64,000 bases of DNA. Origin: Tubiluchus corallicola (lineage: Eukaryota > Animalia > Priapulida). Under the pieces are notes generated by a model, which was not told the DNA's origin, searched no databases, and worked only from the letters and a program-made list of their open reading frames with translations. The DNA lies in the NCBI GenBank assembly GCA_030141605.1, contig JAQGDQ010000404.1, forward strand, positions 1-64,000, read 5' to 3'. Positions within the stretch are counted from its first letter, which is position 1, and every line of letters starts with the position of its first letter. Below are positions 55,101 through 64,000 of this stretch, piece after piece. The position numbers and the translations under genes were made by a program.

Positions 55101-58100
55101 GCGACGAAAATGAGTGCACTGGTGGTTGTCTCATCAATTATGTTTCTACTGCCACACGTTGTTCAACTGTTTCAGTTGAACATTAGCCACACAAAGAATC
55201 TGCAACTAAATGGCATTAGAATGATTTGCCTGACAGCAAATTCTCTGCTGAATCCTTTTATCTATTTCTTCGCCAATCGTGAGTTTCGCACGTGCTTTCG
55301 AAAGATGTTTTTTCGTAATTGCTTTTCAAAGACTTTCGGGGGAAGTGTTACGACTAGCTCCTCTAACAAGACTACAATAGCGGTGGTGCAGTCATTGAAG
55401 CCTGCGTCAAATAGTGGCACTGATGCTCAGCCAGCGGCTTTTGGCAGTCCTGTTCCGCCACTGATGACTTAGCTGACACGTCAGTTTATTAGTAGTCATG
55501 TGCACCATTATGTGTTGTGTTGAGCATGGCTGCTCCTTAGTCCTTATAGCACTTTGTTCACTTGGAAAATTTGAAAAATGTGTGTGTAAACATGTCTGCG
55601 ATTTACAAAGTGGGCATTTTCTAAATTAGTTTGCTATTTAATTTGATGTAATTTTCTTATGTTGTCCCAAGAAATTCCTATTTTGTAGAAATAAAATAAT
55701 GATAAAAACTTGTCTTTGTAAAGAATTGAACATATGCATGCACTGCACTCAGGCAACAACTTTTGTAAGGCTTAGTAAGATCTGTAATACATGTAGCTAT
55801 TTTTGCAAGTATATGTAAACATTATGTGGTGAATAATATATTACAATGAATACGACATATACCAGGTACCGAGTAATGTTGTGTATATTAAACTAATTGT
55901 TTCATGTTCAAGTTATTTTATGCTTAGTAGCAATTGTTTACTTTCCTTTATTGTATTGATCACATTATATATAAAATCTAAAAAATAAAAAGGTAAATGC
56001 ATCATTTTACTATTGTTTGTTTTTGTTGTTGTTGTTTCTGTTATTGACAGGGAGACATAAAAAAGTAGAATAATCACAAGGTTCGTCATGAACAATATAA
56101 ACAAGTCACAAAGCTCATTGGAGAAGTCGTTTGTGTTGGATAGGTAATCTGTCACATTTTGTAGCAATTTTTTTCTGACATAATCACTCAAACCAAAAAA
56201 GATCTACCAACTCGGTATATTTATTATGTTACAATGACATATGTGACACAAGAGCAGTGATTTGAAGTGGATTGCTGTGCCTTAGACAATCTGGAATTTC
56301 GTGACATTCGATGTTTTTTTCTGGAATAAACTCGGTTTCATCTCCTTGCCATGACTGCTTCCACTGACAGTGTTCACAAACTTGATGGGCATTGGCACGT
56401 AATGAATTGAAACATGTTTTTCACTTTTGCAAAGGTGCTGAATATAGGGAAACAAAGCACATTTTTCTCTCTTGACAGGGCACTAAAGGGTCATTATGCC
56501 TGAGCAACCGAGGTAGGCAATGTGCAACAAATCCATAGCACTATGCATACTTTCTAGTCATATAGTGACTCCCAGAGTAAATGAATTTTTCTTCTGTATT
56601 TGCTGTATTATTTGCTGTTGAAAAAATTATACTTGGCCCATGTTTTGGGCATCAGCTCATGTCTAGAGCTACAGACTGTGTATTAACATGCTAAGCTAAT
56701 TTTCATTTGAATTGACAGTTCACAAGTTATTTGAACTCTGGTTGTTCGCAACAAACAATTGATTAGTCATTCTATTCCATTTGCTGACTCGCATGTGCAA
56801 AACTGTTTAAAATACTCCCTGTTTTCTGTTGGTAATGTTGTTTTTTTATTGGAAATACAACATTAGATTATTCATGAAATGTTATTGTTTCCTCCCAACA
56901 ATTTATTACCTTCACATTTGTACAGAAATAAGACTGCTGAACACTGAATAAATGGAACAAAATATTTTTATATTAACTTTTGTTTCACTTACGAATTTCT
57001 GTGAAGTGTTTTGCTGAAGACGTAAAAATCTCACCGTTACATTCTATTATTTCTATGTAATAATGATAAATGCACACAAGGGTCATTAATAGAAAGTGCA
57101 TCATTTTTGTCTATCGTAGTGCCTACAAATTGAGTTTCGGGTAGTAACTAAATTGAACAGAGTGACCCAAACACTGCTTTTTCATGTTAGTTAGCTTGAG
57201 GCCCTTTTTTGTTTAAAATATTTGGCTGCTTCCCCCAAAATGTGCAAGAAATACCTAAGAACGTGCTCACAAAATTGTATTATGTTTCTCAAAGCAATCT
57301 TCAATTTTTACAAAACCTTACGGTTATTTGGCTGCTGCTTCCCAAATGTGTGGGAAATTATCTAAGAACATGATCACAAAATTGCATTACAAAGGAGGCT
57401 TCAATTTTACACAGTCCTCTTTGGTCTTTTGAGAAAAAGTCTGTATTACTCTGCATTATAACATTTAATAAGTTTTTATGTAGCAGGCAACAAGATTGTT
57501 TATCAATTTATGTATCCAGCAGCTAACATTAGGAAGTTGAAAACATTGCCTGTATTTTAAAATGGCACGAGAAAAGCTGAAAATGTGATGTAGCTGTTAT
57601 GCAAAGTTGATTTTGTGTTTTTGTGCGAATAATTTTTTATTAGATTTATGAATTTAAGCAGCTCTATAAGAAGCTGCTTTTGTGAAAGTGCTTTATGGTG
57701 TTTGTGTCTTGTTATTATTATTTACCTGTTTGTGCTAGTCTTCTTGTCATTGTAAAAGCATAAGCAGCTTATGGTGTTTGTATCTTGTTATTATAATTAA
57801 TACTAATCTTCTTGTCACTGTAAAAGCAGTAAGTAGCTTAAGGTGTTACTATCTTGTTATTTATGCCTGCTTTTGCTAGTCTTCTTGTCAGTGTGAAAGC
57901 AAACCCTACGTCAGCAATTGTATGAAAACTAACAGCTCCTCCTGTTTAGCTTTGTCTGGTAAATGTGTTCTAGGTTAGTTGAGATATTCTTTACTGATAA
58001 TATTGTTCTTAATAAAATCACAATAATCGTGCAGTAATTGACAGAATTGTCGTTGGCTTTGCCGATTATAACAATAAAATGTCATCCTAAGGTAGTGCAA

Positions 58101-61100
58101 AGAAGCATCCAATTTATAAAATATGCGTAAATTTTTTAAGTGGATGATATTTGTAAATGCTTTGTGTGCATTTTAAATGGGCCTATGTTTTTAGTCAGAT
58201 ATTAACTATCAGATATTAGCTATGTACAATGTACATCAGATTAAAAACAGTAGCATTATTTAACTTTTGCATGTTTCCACTGTAGTAGTGAATTTATTAA
58301 ATCACTTTGTATGTTGCTTTGTTATACAGTTATTTTGGCGTTCTACCAGCTGCAGTGCAGTACTTTAGGGCCAGACCTGTTCAATCTAGATGCTTGTAAG
58401 AATTTATAATGATAGTCTTCCAATTTGTATATCCATTTATTCTCCTCCTATCTATATCCCATATATTTTCCCTCCCATTTATTCATTGACCAGGTTCTGT
58501 GTTGCTTAACTTTGGCCTTAGATCACATTCAGTAAGTGCTTGGTTTATGCCAGGTGATCTCAGTAATTTTCAATGCTAAAGTAAAAAGTGAATTTGTAAT
58601 TGTTTGATGATATAATGATGGTACTTTTTTTATAGCTTTATACTTTTTACATCTGCAAAATAAATATCCAGTTAGTGGAAGCCATGACAATTGAAGGCAT
58701 TATAACTTAGCACAGTTGAAATTAAAAGCATACAAGCCAACCTGGTGAACTTGTTCAACTTTTCATTAACTGACTCATGGTCAGGAGGAGATAAAACTAG
58801 TCATTTGGTGTACTTAAAACCTTGCAGTTAACAAACAACATACTAAATATTGTGTTTATTGTTCTAGATGGTGGTTTTCAAAGCGGCCACATGGAATCTC
58901 AGTCAGTATTAGCTCAGACGTTAAACCAGGATGCATTTTGGAGTCCGAGTGCCCATTGTGATCTGACGTCACCTCCTCCGTCTCGACGAATTAGTCAAGA
59001 GGCCAAACATACCACGTCGCAGGTCAACTCGGTGGAGGTAGGTTGGTCATTTTCCATGTTTGTTTCCTTTTGCTGCTTGCCAATGGTTTTGTGTATCATT
59101 TGGTGGAAATAAAAATCACCTCGAAGCATCTTCACAGTTTTGAATATTAATGATAGTCTAATTTTTTACACATGTATTTTTCGGTTTTTTGGAAATTTCA
59201 GCATACAGGTTAATCTCTTGAGTGTTCAATTTTTTTGTTTGTGTATTTTTAAGTAATACCACTTAAGTTGATACTTTTTACCCTAAATCTATTTAACCTT
59301 AAAATTTATGTGTGCTTATTTTAGGTAACACCAGTTACCACGCCTCGTGAGAAGGAGACAAGTAAAGCAAAGAGGTCTGACTCTGCACCAGTTTCTGCAA
59401 AGTACAAGCTAGAATTTAGTGCTCATGGTGTCAAGGTGTGATATAAACATTTCCAATTTTGAAGGTTTTTGTTTTCATTGTCAAAAAAGTTTTGTTTGCT
59501 GTAATTTCGAGCTGCTAGTAATAATTTTTGAAGGTGCTGCTTATAATCTTTAATCACCTGAAATTAAAGCTGACGATATCAGAACATAAATGAATATAAA
59601 AATTGGAATCTCTGGAACTTTGAGACGCTAGGCACCAAATAAATTCTTATTAGCAAAATCAAATTCTCGCAACATACTAATATGTCACAAATGATTAATC
59701 ACAAGCAAAAGTTTGTGCTTTCAGTTTCTAAGAGACCCTTGAACTGTATTGTCTGTTATAGTGTCGTCTCTAGTAATTGATTTACCAATTTTACACAAGT
59801 CTTGAGACCCTGAATTTTAAAAATCCAAAAACGAAGAGTATACAAGTCTTTAAATAAGAGTTGCTTACTTTTTGTGTTGAAGTGTGCCACCGTCACACAC
59901 CAAAAACTTAAAAAATGGTATTTGTACCGGACAATTTGCCAAGCAACCAGATTATTGAACATGTAAGTAATAATAATCACTTCTACGTAACTTAGAGTTT
60001 ACCGAAAATCTATATTTGGTGTGTCTCAACGTGTTTCAGCATATTAAAGCCTTCATCAAGGATCTAAAATTAATCAAGATATAATAGGCTCGAAAATAAT
60101 TTTTACAAGAACAATTACATTATGAATTTAAATTACATAAATGAATTACATCATGAAACTAAAGCTAGGCTTATTACTATAATATGTTTGTTAAAACAAC
60201 CTGCTGTATTACTCATTTACCTAGGCAATGCACTGTATGTCCTTACTCAAATCTGGCAGTAAATGTTTTTAACACTGATCCATACACTGAAAATAACAGA
60301 AATTTAACCATTGTTACATATAGGGGATTTCCATATAGGTTTAGTTTGTTATTAGTTGTCAATATTTATCGTAAAAGAAGCTTTATTCCCCATGTTTATT
60401 GAATGATGATCGTTTCGGCTGCTGTAGCCATTAGCAAACTGTAAATCAAGCCGAAAAAGGAGAATAAATAATGCGTCAATGATACAAAGGCACAAATTGA
60501 ATCTACAAAACAACGGATTAGAATTTAACTTATGAAAATAAATGAGGTTGTAATGGAAGAAATTGCAGAGAAATGTAAAAAAATTTCCCTAAGACGAGAA
60601 CCAGAAATAAAAATTAGTCCAAGTCAACATAATGAAGCACTGCAGCAGTAAGCATTATTAAAACACAACAAGTGCAAGCTTTATTCCATTTATGATATAA
60701 AGCCTAGTAACCTTTTTCCTGCATCATAATTTGCTGTGTGAAGTACTGTAAACTGGGGAAAAGTGCGAGCTAAAGCCTTGTTTGTAAAGTGATATTTTTG
60801 TGACGCAGCCTTGCGTACATCATGATATAAAAACCAGCACCTTCTGTCGCATTATTGGCCACGCAATTACATGTAGTAGCTGAATTCATAAAAAACTGAT
60901 AGCACTAGTTTTACAGTATTTCCGCATTACAGCTGCCTTGTCATAATAGACCAAGAATAAAAAAAGGAAAATTTACACAACAAGTTATGTTATGCCAGTA
61001 GTAAAAACAAGTAACTGCTGCCTTTCATTAAGTAATTGCTAACACGTGTTCTAGTATATGTAATCGCTTGTTCACTGTTGTATGGTTGTATAAAATGAAT

Positions 61101-64000
61101 GCCTACCATCAAATGAAAGCCAATGTGCGGTTATGAGACAGCAGCAGCTTGAATACTAGCATAATTTATGCACCTAGATATTTATTTGTATGTGTCTGGC
61201 TCTCCTTGCAAAATTTGAAAACATTTCCAGCACTCGGTAATTTTTACAGTTTATGATAAGTTTCTGTTTAGAATCAGACAGCTGCAAAAATACAAGGTGG
61301 AACATAACCTTTTCTAGGGGCAATAAGTAAAATTTCTGAATGACTTTTTCATTATTAAATACAGAACTGAATATGCTAGACTTGCAAGTTTTTTGACGCT
61401 GTATGGGAAGCACTATGTATAAGACTGAGTGATTCAAAGTATATCTGAAACGATTGCGAGTCTTCCCTAAGCTCAGAATTTAGTGTGGTCGCCTCGTGTG
61501 TCTCCCACAGCCTTCAATTATATGGAGTGTAATCTCATTAAAGTGCTCTGTACTATTGCTCTTTGTTTCTGTACTCCCCTAGCAAAAGGTTATATACCAC
61601 CGTGTAATAAGCTGCAACTTTGTGAGAGAAAAATGGCAGACTGCAAGTATAATATCGAATTTCTAAATCGGCAACTTTTTCATGGTTAAATACAAAGCTG
61701 AATATGTCAGACATGCAAGTTTTGTCATTAAATGTAATGTACTATATATCAGATGAAAAATCCCATTCCTGTCACTTTCACTTTTGCCATTGACACAGTT
61801 TGATATGCTGAGTGTTGCAGTCATGACATTATGTAATCATTTTTTCATACAGAAACGCTAACTAAAAGTGCCACTTTTAAGCTTTTAGTTCACAACATGA
61901 AACCTTATCGTGTTAATGTTGTTCAGCAGCTTGTCAATGAACAATTCGTTTTTTCATTGCATTACATTGCTTCAGGAGGCAGATGCAAAGCGTAGGAATT
62001 ATGTGACCAAAGCATTGCAGAATGTCCACACTGGCATCAATAACGCCACCAGTCCGACACATCTGGGAGACAACTATCAGCAACTTTCTGCACCTGTAAC
62101 ACCCTTAAAAAAGGACTCATCACCTGCTCCTTGGGATGGGAGGGCTTCCGCTCAAACCGAGGCAGAGATTCTGAAAGCTTCAAAGAAAGTTGTTGCTAGT
62201 GCTCAAAATGTTAAGCAAGAGGTGGGTATCTATGCTAGGCATTTAAGGTTTCCATAGGCATGTAATTTGCATGCTATTGCTAAATTTTGTCAGTTTGTGT
62301 GCAAATAAATATTTTTATTTAAAACAATTTGCCTATTCATCTAGTTTGCGGGAAATATATCAGTAAAGACAGGCTGTTGTAAGGTTATTGATTTTCCAGG
62401 ACACTTGTATGTTTCAGTTTTGAATTCAAATTTTTTTCTCAGTGTGAATGTGTCCCTTATGCATTTCCTTATTTGTGCAAAACATTGTACTAGTTTTAGA
62501 AGTATTATGAAGTGTCACTACCTAGAGTTTATTTACTTAGTTTTTTAATTTACTTCCCCAGTCTAATGATGCATATTAGCTGATATAAAAAAAAACAGTT
62601 CAGGCATTCGAAAAAAGATGGAGGCTGAGAACAGAGAGAGAAAAGGCAGAGTGGAGACAGCTATGCTACCTGTAAGATTTGGTATAATGTGAACCATGAC
62701 ATTGTTGTTGTTGTATTTTGTACGTTGTGGACTAGCAGACAAATTGTTTTCTCTACTGAAGTGTTGATGAAATAAACGAAAACCATTCTTTCTTAAGACT
62801 GCAGTTTTAAAATTCATTAAGTTACTTTAAAACTTTGCACTTTAAGATCCGGCCATAACCTACAATGCACACAAATGCAACAACAAGACAATCAGATGAT
62901 CACCATACACAATTTAAAGTAAGGCAATCATACAGCCATAAATGGAGTGACCATACTGGATGTCCATTCTGGCGTGTTTACCGGGTTTATGTTTTTTGTT
63001 TCTTGGATTTTCATTTTTTGTCAACAGTAGTGTCGTTTCTGTTATGCAGTTGATCACATTTTTCTAGGTTTGTCTTTTTTCACTTGTTTTTGCCTTGCTT
63101 TGGGGTTGCCTTTTTCCACTGCCTGGTTGTCATGTCCATTTGGATCACCTGGTCATTCTGACAAGAGTTGCACAGAATTTAAACTCTGTAGCTGCATTTA
63201 CAAACTTACAGACATTCTCACTCTCAGAACTTTGCTTAATTAAAGTGGAAGCTGAAATAATTCCTAACTTTTGGACAAGGATAAAATTAGCTAAATTAGC
63301 AGCAAACTAAATTACAAAAGTCCATGACAGATTTTTTTAGAATAGCTTTTTTTAATAACATCCAAGATCAACATTGTTTTTCAGGCAGTCACAACAAATT
63401 CAGTGATAACAGTGAACAATTTGCCTGATGTAATTCAAAAACTGTCTGAACATCAACAAATTGACCTAGAAGATAATGCACTAGGTATTTTTTGTGTTTA
63501 TATTTTATTTTTGTTTGCAAAATAAAGATTTGCTGCCTTTAGTATGTATTAATTTCATTGAAGCAATAATAAGTGGATGATGAAATGATTTTTAAATTTC
63601 TGCATTTATTACACCTACAATGCTTCAGTGCTAGACTTGCTATTTGTTTGTGAGATGTATTTCTACTTTTTGGAACTTCAAAATTACAAAATGCCTTTGT
63701 GAATTTCAAAACGCTTCTGTCTCAGTATGGCAATAGGCACATTAAAATGCATCATGCACACTGTTGCAGGTGAGTATGATGAGGAAGTATCCGGGCTTGT
63801 CAACTATGTCGGTTTAATCAACCCAGCAGATCACATTGCGGACTACAGTGCTCATGCTTCTGCAGAGCTGGACTCCTCCCTATTGGAGTTCTTTCCTTTT
63901 CAGCCTGGAGGCCAGCTTTCTTTTTCTAATACTGGGGAGCAATTGTCACAGTTGCTTGCGGGCGAGAGTTCCACGGATGCGTCGAAATCTGTCGTCAAGA
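46103..64000 (+). CDS. TSC1: Hamartin (TSC complex subunit 1), 3' part outside the window
   Basis: Exons 46103-46214, 48755-48858, 49866-50018, 50813-50957, 52580-52734, 53409-53628, 58868-59037, 59325-59435, 61976-62221, 63385-63484, 63770->64000; phases consistent. Hamartin motifs: LVNGLVDFY...[82 protein letters not shown], FWSPS. Confidence 0.93.
47499..47550. repeat. Perfect 26-bp tandem duplication
   Basis: GTTAATTCCAGAAAGCTAGGTCATGT x2. Confidence 0.9.
51406..52096. mobile_element. Palindromic MITE (host), interrupted by a hAT MITE
   Basis: Arms GTTCAGACTAGCGAGTTTTCTC and GAGATAATTTGCTAGTCTGAAC are inverted. The outer tip (GCACAG-TAAG, matching the left CTTA-CAGCGTG) resumes after the insert. 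Confidence 0.65.
51603..52082. mobile_element. hAT-type MITE with (C/G)AAGTC/GAGTC subterminal repeats
   Basis: TIRs CAGTATTGTAGT / reverse complement CAGTGTTTGTAGT; 8-bp TSD GTCTGAAC versus ATCTGAAT (6/8); many CAAGTC/GAGTC motifs. Confidence 0.75.
54306..55472 (+). CDS. Intronless class A GPCR (orphan, adenosine/aminergic-like), nested in a TSC1 intron
   Basis: 388-aa ORF with seven hydrophobic segments, GSILN, TNKYLACLAVTDL, TM3 Cys, DRY and NSLLNPFIY, plus N-glycosylation sites in the N-terminus. AATAAA at 55690. The start Met is uncertain (54306, 54381 or 54399). Confidence 0.9.
   Translation: MEEDNTAFDVHLNFSTKFHILTIKLMENDGKMSLGSFNSNFTNFKSNDTTLVMEMALPDLGMAMFLSAVGSILNVLVVVAFSKFKQLQTNTNKYLACLAVTDLIFALTVIIAGVQYMFLRLDDAISCSVKVFMAVYVLMSSVVVLSLVTFDRYIAITNPIKYKRFTSKKHTRLITSCILYSAFIAGVGFIQPFFIDMKARGECDVDILLWDWFAVFVASHYIAAFAFMLFAYGKIIQAAQIRRMRVHEMNQQHELQRAFSIIQMKATKMSALVVVSSIMFLLPHVVQLFQLNISHTKNLQLNGIRMICLTANSLLNPFIYFFANREFRTCFRKMFFRNCFSKTFGGSVTTSSSNKTTIAVVQSLKPASNSGTDAQPAAFGSPVPPLMT
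57221..57411. repeat. Diverged ~105-bp tandem duplication
   Basis: TTTGGCTGCT...AAATGTG...CTAAGAAC..G.TCACAAAATTG.ATTA...CTTCAATTTT occurs twice. Confidence 0.75.
57690..57901. repeat. ~70-77 bp tandem repeat x3
   Basis: GCTTATGGTGTTTGT.TCTTGTTATT...CTAGTCTTCTTGTCA.TGTAAAAGCA occurs three times. Confidence 0.8.
61522..61689 (+). CDS. Candidate small secreted peptide precursor (55 aa) in a TSC1 intron
   Basis: MECNLIKVLCTIALCFCTPLAKG-YIPPCNKLQLCERKMADCKYNIEFLNRQLFHG*. Signal-peptide-like N-terminus and terminal Gly; acceptor tctcccacag at 61510; ATTAAA at 61727. No homology recognised. Confidence 0.22.
   Translation: MECNLIKVLCTIALCFCTPLAKGYIPPCNKLQLCERKMADCKYNIEFLNRQLFHG

Noticed and set aside
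60428-60650. Purine-rich exon-like stretch in a TSC1 intron
   Set aside because: Stops in all frames from the acceptor; not needed for phase; no recognisable homology.
62562-62671. Possible extra TSC1 exon (…IRKKMEAENRERKGRVETAMLP|GTAAGA)
   Set aside because: I found no acceptor giving the required phase 0 without a stop; the neighbouring exons join in frame.

Overview
AT-rich, intron-rich genomic DNA from an invertebrate animal. It is not prokaryotic and contains no CRISPR array. Manual splicing (GT-AG, phase-checked) gives five protein-coding genes. (1) RPS5 (+, 2352-5470), with a TCT/5'TOP non-coding first exon. (2) A 4-exon galanin/allatostatin-A/kisspeptin-type peptide GPCR (-, 7892-10340). 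(3) A 27-exon, ~1904-aa laminin-like chain (-, 12401-39110). Its LN-LE1-3 head resembles netrin-G, but it continues through a beta-type LF domain, a gamma-type L4 domain and a full coiled coil. (4) TSC1/hamartin (+, 46103 to beyond the window end), head-to-head with the laminin gene. (5) An intronless class A GPCR (+, 54306-55472) nested on the same strand in a TSC1 intron. Introns carry many MITEs (Tc1/pogo-, hAT- and Kolobok-like), a decayed pogo transposon, tRNA-derived SINEs and a LINE 3' end inserted into a minisatellite. The best leads are the netrin-G-headed beta/gamma-hybrid laminin, the nested same-strand GPCR, a candidate small secreted amidated peptide ORF in another TSC1 intron, tandem uORFs before TSC1, and snoRNA-like hairpins in RPS5 introns. 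All family assignments come from motif recognition by eye; no searches were run.
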